Source of the DNA: the human T2T-CHM13v2.0 reference genome, Homo sapiens
Length of the DNA: 64,000 bases
Assembly: GCF_009914755.1 (NCBI RefSeq)
Contig: NC_060929.1
Direction: 5' to 3' (one strand)
Under the pieces are notes generated by a model, which ran no database searches, was not told the origin of the DNA, and worked only from the letters and a program-made list of their open reading frames with translations. Shown here in pieces: positions 19,465-32,479 of the stretch (position 1 is its first letter; every line of letters starts with the position of its first letter). The translations under genes were made by a program, and so were the position numbers.

Positions 19465-19655
19465 AACATTGTGTCAAGTATTTTATATGTAAAAACTTAT
19501 TTAATCCTTACAATAAACCTGTAGAGTAGTAGGGGATTAGATTCATTTTCCAAAAGGTAGAAACCAAAGTGTTGAGAAATTAAACTTGTCCATGAACTCT
19601 CAGCAAGTAGTTATAGAACCTGAGGAGAACTAATGGAATCTTACTTCAGAGTTGA
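19465..19655 (-). mobile_element. MIR
   Basis: tttaatccttacaataaacctgtagag...aacttgtccatgaactctcagcaagtag matches the antisense MIR core. Confidence 0.65.
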
Positions 19656-19659
19656 TACA

Positions 19660-20780
19660 TTTACATGACTTTGAAACCTTGGGGCTGAAAAGGGACCATA
19701 AACAAAATAAAAAATTACATGACAACCAGTAGGTAAATTTAAATATAGGTGGAAAGGGGATAATAACTATAATAAATAAATAGCACTTTCAAATTAGTAT
19801 GAAATTGATGAACACACCATTAGTAAAATGGGCAAAGAATATACATTGGTAATTCTAATATGTAGACATTCAAATGACCAATGAGCACATAGAAACATAT
19901 TCAGTCTCCTATGGTGATAACTATTTTGGTTGTCTTCATACCTTTCATCGAACTCCCCTAAAAGTTCCCTCTATTATGCCCTTGCGGCTTGTTTAAACAA
20001 TATAGAGTCAAGTGGCCAGTGATGAACGGGCATCTGTCTTAAGTCAAACCAACCAAAGTCCTCCATCTACAAATTAAGATTTAGTCTCACTACATGTATG
20101 GTCCCATAATCAAAACTCAGGAAATTTAAAAGACCATCTGCCACCATGCAGATTGGACAGTGAGGAATCTACTTAGCAGAGGGAGAGGGACAGAGAGAGA
20201 CAGAATAAGCGGATTCACACAAACATTGAGAATTGATAGGCTGTGAAGAACACTTTCAGAGTTACCGTGGACTTTCCAGGCCCTGGTTTGGCTCCAGTCT
20301 TTCCTGAGGCTCTGCTGTGCTTATGCCCTTGGCTCTGGGAGACACATCTGTCTCTTTTTTGGCTTCAGCAATCTACAGTGGTTCTCTGATACCTGTAACA
20401 AAAAGGTACTGAGTGATGCACTTTACTAGTGATAAATATAACAAAAGAAATTACTAAAATAAATTGATAGAAAAATGCAAACCTATTTTTGACAAATTTT
20501 TAAAAATAATAATACCTAACTTTTGGAAGCTGATAGAATACAGGCTCTACTAGTGCCAATGTAAAACCAACAACATCTCTAGAGGCTATCCAGCAATGCT
20601 TACTTACAGCCTTCAAAATAGGCATACCAATAATTCTACAACTAAGATTTTTCTGCTAAGTAAATAATCAGTTATTCATAAGAATATGTTTAAAATTGAA
20701 AGACTGGAAAATAACCTCAATATTCAAAAATAGGTAATTGGTTAACAAAATTACTATCCATTTACATAACAGAATTCCAT
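19660..20780 (+). mobile_element. Ancient L1ME 3' fragments with a nested old ERVL/MaLR-type LTR (~19915-20420)
   Basis: L1 motifs aaaatgggcaaaga and caaatgaccaatgagcacat. LTR-like end ctgtaacaaaaaggtactgagtgatgca. Confidence 0.45.
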
Positions 20781-20787
20781 GGACATG

Positions 20788-20897
20788 AGGCACAGTGGCA
20801 TGCTACTATAGTCCTGGCTACTCAGGATGCTGACACAGAATGTTTGCTTGAACCCAGGAGTTGGAAGCTGTGATGTGTTATTATGGGGTCTGTGAAA
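20788..20897 (+). mobile_element. FAM (fossil Alu monomer) fragment
   Basis: ggcacagtggcatgctactatagtcctggctactcaggatgctga...gcttgaacccaggagtt...ctgtgatgtgttattat...ctgtgaa. The 7SL-like tail fits FAM rather than a dimeric Alu. Confidence 0.7.
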
Positions 20898-21479
20898 TAA
20901 TTTTATGGAGTTTTAAAAATTAATATTTTGGATTAAGTACCAAAAATCCAATGCCTATATGAATCAGGCAGGAAATGTATGTGAGTGGAATAATTTTAGT
21001 TCAAGCACATATGCATACAATATGTGAATTGTGGGGACTATGGTTGACTAGAATGCCCATATCCTATCTAAACAGGCAAAGAGATATTCATTCCCAGCAA
21101 TTTTTGTCCCCAATGAATGCAGACCTAACAATGCCTGATCATTTTTTATCAAAAGATAGAAATTTAATTTGATTTTAAATGTGAAAACTCCTAAATCCTA
21201 ATTATTAGCTCAATTAAAAGTTGCAGAAAGCAAGTCCAAATAGTATGCTACATTGATTGGAGAGACCAATAGTTTTCAGTTTGTGTTTGAGAAAAATATT
21301 CAATTCAGTAGTTGTATATTCAGTATATTTAGTAGCAGTTCTTTTGAAATAGCTGGTTAAAAATAGCAGACATCAAGAATGATTTTTTTATAGTGTTAGG
21401 AGTAAGCCAACCATGTCTGTTTACTCCACTGTTACTCTGGAGATTTAGTCAAAACAACATCCAAGAAACAAAGCAATAC

Positions 21480-22606
21480 ATGAATAAAAATCCAGACAAT
21501 ACCATTCAGGACATAGGCATGGGCATAGACTTCAAGACTAAAACACCAAAAGCAATTGCAACAAAAGCCAAAATAGACAAATGCAGTCTAATTAAACTAA
21601 AGAGCTTCTGTACAGCGAAAGAAGCTATCATCAGAGTTAAGAGGCCACCAACAGAATGGTAGAAAATTTTTGCAATCTACCCATCTGACAAAGGTCTAAT
21701 ATCCAGAATCTACAGGGAACTTAAACAAATTTACAAGAAAAAAAAAACCAAACAACCCCATCAAAAAGTGGATGAAGGATATGAACAGACACTTCTCAAA
21801 AGAAGACATTTATGCGACCAACAAACATGAAAAAAAAAAAGCTCATCTCACTGGTCATTAGAGAAATGCAAATCAAAACCACAATGAGATACCATCTCAT
21901 GCCAGTCAGAATGGCAATTATTAAAGTCAGTAAACAATAGATGCTGGTGAGGCTGTGGAGAAATAGGAACAACACTTTTACACTGTTGGTGGAAGTGCAA
22001 ATTAGTTCAACCATTGTGGAAGACAGTGTGGTGATTCCTCAAGGATATAGAACCAGAACTATTTGACCCAGCAATCTCATTACTGGGTATATACCCAAAA
22101 GATTATAAATCATTATGCGATAAAGACATATGCATACATAATGTTTATTGCAGCACTATTTACAATAGCAAAGACTTGGAACCAATCCCAATGCCCATCA
22201 ATGATAAACTGGATAAAGAAAATGTGGCACATATACACCATGGAATACTATGCAGTCATAAAAAAAGAATGACTTCATGTCCTTTGCAGCAGCATGGATG
22301 AAGCTGGAAACCATCATTCTCAGCAACTGACACAGGAAGAGAAAACCAAACACCACATGTTCTCACTCATGAGTGGGAGTTGAATAATGAGAACACATGG
22401 ACACAGGGAGGGGAACAACACATACCAGGGACTGTCGGGGGTGGGGGGCAAGGGGACGGAGAACATTAGGATAAATATCTAATGCATGCAGGGCTTAAAA
22501 CCTAGATGATGGATTGATAGGTGCAGCAAACCACCATGGCAGACATATGCCTATATAACAAACCTGTACATTGTGCACATGTATACTAGAACTTGAAGTA
22601 AAATAA
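21480..22606 (+). mobile_element. L1PA7/8-like 5'-truncated LINE-1 (~1.1 kb)
   Basis: ORF2p C-terminal peptides ([23 protein letters not shown]; WIKKMWHIYTMEYYA) and 3' UTR gggcttaaaacctagatga...cacatgta. Confidence 0.93.
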
Positions 22607-22704
22607 GAAGAGAAAGAAAGAAAAAAAGAGAGAAAGAAAAAAGAAAGAAGAAAGAAAAAGAAAGAAAGAAGAAAGAAAAGAAAAGAAAGAAAGAAAGAAA
22701 GAAA

Positions 22705-22744
<40 letters not shown>

Positions 22745-22823
22745 AAAAGAAAGAAAGAGAAAAAGAAAGAAAGAAATGAGGGGAGGGAGGGAGGGAGGAG
22801 GGAAGGAAGGAAGGAAGGAAAGA
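22607..22823. repeat. Compound polypurine STR (GAAA)n/(GGGA)n/(GGAA)n
   Basis: About 215 nt of purines with a single T, directly following the L1 3' end. Confidence 0.97.
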
Positions 22824-22829
22824 GTTTTT

Positions 22830-23300
22830 ACAGATGTTAAAACCCAGCAATTCTACTTCTAAGGGTTATTCTTTAAAATATAATGGGCTAATTGCATAAC
22901 AATATATCTTCAAGGAGGTTAATCAAGATGTATTAAACTAGAAAAATGGAAATAATCTAAATGCATGATAATGATGCATGGGTAAAACAAATTTGGTGCA
23001 TTCCAACAATGAGATATTCTATAGTTATTATAATATGATGTAGATGTGTGTGCATACAATTTAATAAGAATAAATATAACATATTTTAAAGTAAAAAATT
23101 AGTGTAAAAATATTGTAGTAGAATCCTTTCTATTTAAAAATTTTGTTTGTATGTATGCAAAATACACATCCAGTTTTTGAACTGCCTATCTCGAGTGGTG
23201 GGATTTGAATTCTCTTTTTTATTTTTCTGATTTTTTTTTTTTACAACAAGCATGAATCCCTATATAGTCAACCAATAACACTTTACATATTATTTTTAAA
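22830..23300 (+). mobile_element. Ancient L1ME 3' UTR fragment
   Basis: acccagcaattctacttctaagg and aaaatggaaataatctaaatg motifs. Confidence 0.55.
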
Positions 23301-23819
23301 TTGGAAGTTTTATTACTTCAATCATAAGAAATATATTAACAACATACATTTAATTTTACTGAAGAACCAGTCTCCCACCTATTTGTTAAGCCATAATAAA
23401 TTAAATCTCTATTAATTTTTTGAAGAAGGAGGTGCTCAGGAGTGTCAAATAACCCAGAGAACTCAAGAAAGGTAAGTACTGAGGAGTGTTTGTGGGATTT
23501 GGTAATTGGTAGGTCATTCATTGTGACCCTACAACTTCACATTAAAAAGGGAGAAAGTGTATTTTGTTCCTAAAATCAAAGAGAGGTCATTTTCCCTTGT
23601 CGAAAGCAATTTGTTCAGTTTTAATGCTGCTTAATAATGTGAAGAAAGGCTGGTGGGAATGGTTTTTGTTCCTCCACCTGCATTAAATACAACAAGTATT
23701 TAATCAAACTTTGAAAAACTTATTTTTACCAAGTTGTGTTATGGGAGATGTTGATTATTGTCCATAAATGAGTAATACATGACAACGAAAATGCATGTTA
23801 AGATTAAATATCTTAAAAT

Positions 23820-24445
23820 GTTCATTAATTTATTCTTTAATTCATTTATTTATTCAATGAATATTAAGTGCCTACTATGTGCCCGATATCATTCTAAGTG
23901 TTCTGGGATTACATTTGAGAGCAAAATAGACAGCATATACCTGGGGGCTTATATTCTAGTTGGGAAAAACAGAAAACAAAAAAATAAAACCAGTTGGGCT
24001 GATGTTGATAAGTGCTATCAAAAAAAATGAAACAAGAATTGGTATTCTGGGGTGGGATAGGATTAAAATATGAAATAGGGCAGTCATGGTGTCTCATACT
24101 GAAAAGGGACATTTGAGTAAAGACCTGCTAGAGGCAAGGAAATGAGTTATTCTGAATCTGCAGGAAGAATGCTCCCAGAGAACAGCACGGGCAAGCAGTG
24201 AGCCTGGAATGCTTGAGGAATAGAAGGTGACTGGTGGTGGGTAGAGGGAAGGTGGTCGAAGGGGAGAAGTTAGAGAAGAAGGTGGGGTGCATGCCATGCG
24301 GGGCCTTGTAGATCTTTGTGAAGATTCTAGTCTTCCTCTTGATGAGGTGGGAAGCCACTGGAGGTCTTGAGTAGAAGAGAAGTTGACACCTCTGACCTAG
24401 GTTTAACAAGACTCACTGTCACGGCTGTGTTGAGAATAAACTATG
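23820..24445 (-). mobile_element. L2 3' end
   Basis: ttcatttatttattcaatgaatattaagtgcctactatgtgcc and gggaagccactggaggtcttgagtaga...gatcac-like motifs. Confidence 0.8.
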
Positions 24446-24449
24446 GGAG

Positions 24450-24665
24450 CCTGCAGGCCAGTCTTCAGTTGCCCCTCCAAATCCATTTTCTGCCCTTTTC
24501 TGCTCTGATGCCTGCCATGGCATCCTTGGGGCTGCCTTGACTTCCACTTCCAAATGGATGTGCGCAATGGGAGATAGTTGGAGGAGATCCAAGGGAGAGG
24601 AGAAAGAGATTTGAGAGTTCATCTCCTCTGCAGTCCTTCTTCCAACTCATGATTCTGCTAGTGTC
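24450..24665. mobile_element. Old ERVL LTR fragment (LTR33/LTR16-like)
   Basis: ttgcccctccaaatccattttctgccc...caatgggagatagttggaggagatc resembles ERVL LTR33-type sequence. Confidence 0.45.
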
Positions 24666-26556
24666 TCTACTGTTAGCTGAACATCATGTCATTTAAAATC
24701 TTAAGCAACTAATACAGGTTTCTAAAGACAATAATGTTTAATATTTACATACATCTAGTTTTTCTTAGTACAATTTAATCAGATCTTTAAATGCACTTTT
24801 AAAAAGCTGTCCCTCATCTACGTTTTCTTTCTCAGAGCTGCATGGCAACGGCCATGTGACAGGTCCTCTTCTTGCTGGACTTTCTTTGGAAAAATATTCT
24901 TGTGTTGACCACATCCCTGATGGTGACAGGAAAGCCAGTGCTCTGCCCTTGCCATTTTGGGAGGTCTGCCCAGCAGTGCACCATGGGATCTCGCCCACGT
25001 TTTTACCCATAAGAAAAATACACACAAATAATAAGAACCAGCTGCTTATTTTCTACACTGCCCTAGTGCAGTATTTAGCCTGTAACTCTGGCTCATGGAC
25101 CTTATGTTCCATAATAAAAATTGGGAAACGTCTTGGCTGGTGGATCCAATTGAGTATGTTCATTTGTCTTTTTACTATTTGGGGTGAAACATAGTATTTT
25201 CCCTATTTGGGCAAGTTTCTCTGTGGCTTAAATTTATTGGTGGCCTTTAAATAAGACTAGTTCCACAGTTAACCTTTCTTTTCCCCATCTGGGCTCAGTT
25301 ATCATTCAGGTTCGTTTTTTTGTTTTTTTTTTTTCAAATTCATTTTCTCATTCTTGGTCTGTGGCTGACTTCCCTCTGGGAGGTTGGCGATACCGCCCAG
25401 TAACTGGAATGAGTGCCTGATTAAAGATTGCATCTAATGACATTTGGGATGGACACAATGTTGTTATGCTTTCATGTCTCTCTTTATTTCTTCTAATAGT
25501 TTCTTATTAGTTAAGACCTTAAGTAATGCATGTGAGTTTCTTGGAAACATTAAAACATTTCTTTTTATCTGCTATAATTTAATGCCAGATTGTTTGTAGG
25601 CTAGTGACCCAGAAAAGCCATTTACTGATATATGGTGTGTAATTTAGCCAAACTGGTTTGATTATATTACTGGGTATGATTTAGGCCCATGGACGAGTCA
25701 ACCGGCAATTTGATTGAAGCCATACTCTGCCTTGTCATTCAAAGACCAGAACAGAAGCCTTAATTAGCCTGGTTGATTAAGCAAAAATCCAATTTTAGTC
25801 AGTTACCTGGAGAACTATATCACAGGAGTCAACATGAACTTGAACATTATTTTTTTAAAAAAGAGAATAACAATCACAGAAGTACGTACGTTGTTTTTCC
25901 TATGTTTTCAATTGGGTTTGTAATGTCACGGCATCCGTTTTTGATCAAATGATGGCAACTGCAACTGAATGATTTTAAAGATCAGAATGAATCTGATTTC
26001 ATTTTACTTATGTTCTATTCACTTCTAGCTAGAAGGCACACACTTTGGAAAATGAATTCTATTTTTTATGCTTGGTGTTTGGGACATTGAGCAAATTTTG
26101 AAAGGCAGCTTTCAGAGATAAGAAAAGAAGGCTAGAATCAACTAGAATTCATTTTAGTGATATCTTTGGGAGAATAATCTTTCTGTTGATATTTATTTGC
26201 CAAAGAGTTTAGATGATGATCTAGATTATGAAAATTTCTCATTGAAATAAAATAATTTGAAAAATTATATTCATTTTACAATTGGAAGATATGAAATAGA
26301 AACTTTTTATAGCAATTACTCTCTTGTATATTATTTCCTTTTTCTACTCTTAACTGGTTTGGCTTTTATCTCTATGGGCTATTTAGGAATAACTCCTGCC
26401 AGCTGGATACTGACAATTATGTTTGGATTTACCTATTCAGGTCTTTATTAGAGATATTGCTGAAGAGTGATCTTTTGTCAACCACTTATTTAAGAAAATA
26501 ACCAGATTATTTTGTGTGTAATGTGAAATGGGAGAAATTAGATCAACTGTCACCTT

Positions 26557-26618
26557 TCAGTAGGTGCTTTACTCTGTAGTTTTACCTCAGTAGGTGCTTT
26601 ACTCTGTAGTTTTACCTC
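26557..26618. repeat. Perfect 30-bp tandem duplication
   Basis: tcagtaggtgctttactctgtagttttacc at 26557-26586 and 26587-26616, followed by tc. Confidence 0.97.
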
Positions 26619-26959
26619 TAAAATCTTTATTTTTGCTAAAAGAAAGATCTTTTCTACTTACAGGGACTTTTTGAGCTATGTTACTTGGGCTTTTTTGTTT
26701 GGTTTGGTTTTTGATTGAGAGAGAGAACAGGGAGTGTGAAAACATAATAATCTTTGTACTATTTTTTTTCTGACAATGCCTACATTTTGGCAAGTAAACT
26801 CTGGAATACTCTAAGAAATAAATATTTGATTTTTTTTCTCTTATAGAAAGAAAAAAATGTCAGATTGCTAGAAGTGTATAGTCCGCAAACCTTTGTAGAA
26901 ATATGCACATTAGATGTTTATTATCTTTAATTCCATAGTCTTAAATTAATGGGATGTGT

Positions 26960-27090
26960 TGAGATATAGCGTAAATAGCCCTGAGCTTGGAATCAGGAAA
27001 CCTATATTGTGGCCCCAGTTCTGCTATTTTTTAGTCACAGAATTTAGGTTAATCATATCGTGTCTTTGCAAATGTTAATAAAATAGCGGC
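26960..27090 (+). mobile_element. MIR fragment
   Basis: agccctgagcttggaatcaggaaacct...ccagttctgcta. Confidence 0.5.
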
Positions 27091-28559
27091 AGAAAAAAAT
27101 GAGTTATTCTCCCAGAGATCGCTAACATCAACTCCAGTTATTCTAGATTTGAACGTGATTGAATCCAGCACCTTCCATCTTACTTAATCAGGGAACCACA
27201 CCAAACAAAATCCTATTGAATGAGATCTGCACAAAGATATTTAGGAAATGCTGCAATAGATGGTTATTCAGGCTCTGTTTAGATCTAACATTTACCATTT
27301 ACGATGTTTTCTTAGCATAGCTAAAGTCAGAAAAGATTTCATATTGTTTTAGTTTAGGTTCCTTTACTGTTTGCAGAACTTCTTTAAGTGGATTTAAGAA
27401 AAGGGGTTTCAGGAATGGGCCTTGGTTTGCAAAGATGGGAAGAGTCGGTATCCTTCTGTTTATCTAGTTCTGTTTCCTGAGTATTAAAGATGTTAAATAA
27501 TCTTATTCCCAATTACAGCTGACTTTCAAATCAGAAAGGAATTAAAGCTTAATATTACCTAATTTGACCAAACACTGATCTCTTTATGCAAGATGAGAGC
27601 AAAAAAGTTTTAACTTATCTGAGAACTTTTCTTGGTTATTGTTCTAGAGGGTTTTATGTATCTTTCTTGATCACATGTTTATCCATTTCTCCATCCTTGT
27701 CTGCAACTTTTAACTAAACCCCAAACTACCAACAATTTTTAGGAATTCCAGAGTTTCCTCTCTGAACTTTTGCATATTCTGGGAATATAGGTAGTATATA
27801 GGACAATTTTTTAAAAAATCCATATGAAAGCTACCGTGAGAAGTGGGCCAGCATAAAAACTGTTGTCTAAAAGGAGAAGATGTGACTGGTCTTATGAAGA
27901 TGAGTGGGTGGAGAAAACAGCTAAGTAATATTGACAATAATTCAGTTAGGTTTGTAATTAAGACTAAATCAGAAAGAAGGAAATAGGAATTTAGCCTTCA
28001 CACAAAGAAAACTGGACGAAACTGAGTAGGCTAAGGATAAGGGGTAACGAACTGGTAGGAGTGGAGACAGTTGGAAAAGGGAGGAATGCTGAGAAATAAA
28101 TTACTGGCTCTCTGACGGATATACTTGTTCTCTAGTTTTAAGTGAAACTTTAGAAAAAGTTAAGTAGTAATGAGTTCAGTAGTGCTCAAGAAATTTAGTA
28201 AAAGATTAAAACAGTTAAAAAAAAAAACCCAAATAGCTGAGTACTTGCAAATGCTACTTTTCTCTTACTTTTTACCTCTTCTTCTATAGCCTCCATCGTC
28301 ATATATTGAACAAGTCTAAGTTCAACTTGGAATAATTGTGTCTTAATTGGACACATTATTAGTCAATTATTATTTTCCAAATAAAATTTTTAGTACTATT
28401 AATTTAATTTCATGGATAAATTAGTTACATAAATATGACAATGCCTTATCTTTATTTTTAAATTTTTTTATACAGACATTTGACTATGTTAAAAATTTCA
28501 AACAATTCTTAAGAATGTAGAGTGAAAAGGAGTTTACCCTAACACAGTACTTTAGTACC

Positions 28560-29560
28560 CCATTGTATTTTTCTCCAATAGCAAAATTAAAAGAATTTTA
28601 CATTGAGCACATATATACTCACTATGTAGAGTCTGCCACTAACATTTTACTATAATTTTTTAATCACATATTTATCCATTTCTCCATCCTTCTCTGCAAC
28701 TCTTAATCCATTTTGTTTTAGATGCATTTCAAAGTAAATTGCAGATGTCAATATATACTTCCCTCTAAATATTTTAGAGTACTTAGCTAGATTTTGATAC
28801 TTATTTGTTTTTTTCTTTTGATGTGCAATTTATATACAAGATAAACAATCATAAGCATACATTTGCTAGGTTTTGACAAATGCACATATATAGCACCTAT
28901 GAATCCAAACCTGTTTCTAGACACAAAACATCTGTGGCAGCCAGAAAATTCCTTCATCACTTTTCAGTCAATCTTCACTCCTGCCCTCTTCCACAAACAC
29001 ATTTTTTCTGTCATTATAGTTTTGCAATTCTAAAATTTCATATAAATGGAATCATACAGAATATTCTTTTGTATATAGGTTTTTCTTTCCATCAGTATAT
29101 TTTAATTAATTCACATCTAGTACCTCAGTAATTTGTTTCCTTTGAATGTGTAGTGGTATTTTGATTTTTATTTGCATTTTGCTGATAACCAATGATTTTT
29201 ATTCCATAGGTTTGTCGGCCATTCTTTGATCTTATTCAGAGTTGTTTATTTATTATTGAGTTGTAATAGTTATTTATTTATACTGGATAACACTCCTTTG
29301 TCAGATATATGTTTTGCAAACACTTTCAATAATATTTGGAAGAGTAGTCATTTTAAAATATGATAAAATTAAATGTATTGATTTTTTAGTGGTTGTTCCT
29401 TTTTGTGACTTGTCTAACAAACTTGTAGATTAATCTCCAAGTTACGCAGAGATCCTCCTATGTCTCTTTCTAAATGCATTTTGGTTTTTGATTGTTGTGG
29501 TTTTAGCTTTTATGCTTGGGTCCAAAATCTGTCTTGAATTACTTCTTGTACGGCGAGACA
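28560..29560 (-). mobile_element. Ancient L1MC/MD-type fragments
   Basis: gatgcatttcaaagtaaattgcagatgtca, catataaatggaatcatacag and ctggataacactcctttgtcagatatatg. Confidence 0.65.
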
Positions 29561-29769
29561 GAAATCCCATTATATTTAACATATTGATATTTACATAGAT
29601 TTACAATTGATATATTATACTATATTGTATGGTAAAATAGCTCATTATTTATTCCATTCTCAATTATATACTGGGTTTTCTCAACAGTTATTATTTCCTT
29701 TCTGTATGTACATTGCAATCAATCTCTTATGACCTGTGAGACCAAATGATCATGCTTGGGAAAATTTTT

Positions 29770-30330
29770 CCATCCCACAAATATTTATTGAGTAGCTACA
29801 CTGTGAACTGTATTGTGACAAATGCTATAGATAAGAAAAAAAATGAGATCCCCTGACTTGCCTCAGCAGGGCAATGTTTACTGAGGACACAGATAAGTAA
29901 ATGGATAATTGCAGCAGATATTTTTAAAAGGTGATAAGAACATGCACAGAGCTGTGAGAGCACAAACAAGGAACACCTAACACAGAATTTTAGAATCAGA
30001 TAAAGAGAAATACAATGAGTGATCACATGAATAGAAGAGGAACTAGAATGGCTAGTGTCCAGAAGGAATTGTTGGTCGATAGTCCATGATGTCACCGAGA
30101 GGTTGAGAAAGATGGAAACGGAAGCAAAACAACACAGAACAGCATTAGAGTTGGAAGTCTGTCTGTACTTAAAGACCTTTGAAAGGGCAGTTTCAGAAAA
30201 GTGATGAAGGCTGAAGTCAGATTTCAAGGAATTAACAATGGTTTAAGGGTGGAAACTAAACATCACAAGTACAGTTTATTTGGAAACAATTGAATGGTAA
30301 AAATAAAAGTAAAGAGGAAAATATGATAGT
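29770..30330 (-). mobile_element. L2 fragments
   Basis: caaatatttattgagtagctac and gggcagtttcagaaaagtgatgaaggctgaagtcagattt. Confidence 0.65.
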
Positions 30331-30737
30331 AACTTGAAAGGATAGTAGAAATGAGCTTAGGATTTTTGGCATGCCAGTATTTTTAGACTGCGTCAGGGGA
30401 GAGAGATAAATTGTATTGCAAGTAGAGGAAAGATTTTCTAGAAAAAAGCCTCCTAAAGGAGTCCTGAAAAAAAGAATAAAGGCATAAGTTAAGAGTTGCT
30501 AATGGAGAGACAATTTGTTCTCTATGACAGAAAGATGGAAACAAATACAAGTGAAGAGAAAATAATATTAATAAATGCTCATGGGGAGAAAAGAATTTCA
30601 AGAAATTCAAAGAATATACAACTTACCATAAAGTGGGAGGCAAGGCCACCCAGAGGGCAAAATTAGATAGATATAACCCAGAGCTGAAGACATGGGAATG
30701 GCTTTGAAATAAATTCTATGATAAAAGTGTTAGGGAG

Positions 30738-31727
<990 letters not shown>

Positions 31728-32149
31728 GGAGGCACTTTAGAGCAGTTCGGAACACTTTAGAACTCCTTTAGAGAGGGCTCAGTGTGGCTGGGCCCAGCGA
31801 GTTGCTGTTACACACATGTACAACATTCAAAGTTCTAGAATAGAAGCAGAGAAATCGGAAAATATGGTCCTCTCCTCATGGTGGAGTTGGCTATGAAAGT
31901 TCAGCAAAAAGACAAGAGTGCAGAAATATCAGAACTGTGATGAAGAACATCTTTGAATATTTTAGCATGTGACTCAGACTGTTAGGGAGGCAAAAGAGGT
32001 CAGAAGGAAATTGGTTGTCTTAGACGATGAAAATTTATTAAAGTACTGAAGGTACCAAAGAGCCACAAGATTTTATTCATTTACTCAGTAGGAATTTATT
32101 CTTGGGCATACAGAAATGTGGCAGAAAGACATGGTGATGGTAACATCCA

Positions 32150-32330
32150 TCAACTTTGGCACCAGATAGTCTGAGTTTAAATCCTTTTTATCTATTTACT
32201 AGCCATGTAGCAATGGCTAAGTTACATAATCTAGGTGACTCAGTTTCCTCTTTATAAAACAGTGGAAATAATATCTTACAATTTGGTTAATGTGAAGAAT
32301 GGGTTCCTGGCACATCGTAAGAAGCATGAT
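32150..32330 (+). mobile_element. MIR
   Basis: atttactagccatgtagcaatggctaagttacataatc...ctcagtttcctc. Confidence 0.65.
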
Positions 32331-32479
32331 AGCACTATGTTTATATGTTAACAGTTACATTGATGAAATAAACAAGATTAACAAGATAACAGTCTGTATA
32401 TCTAAGTTGTATATTGCCTTCTGGGAGAAAAAGATATAGAAAAAGTAATTATAATACCATGTGGCAAAGAAAGCAAATG

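Noticed and set aside
20788-20897. 7SL-like sequence as a functional ncRNA gene
   Set aside because: It is short and heavily mutated, which fits a FAM monomer fossil.
22551-22850. 99-aa F/L/S-rich ORF
   Set aside because: It is the translation of the (TTTC)n strand of the microsatellite.
29796-30227. 143-aa minus-strand ORF
   Set aside because: It lies in degenerate L2 sequence and has no recognisable domain.
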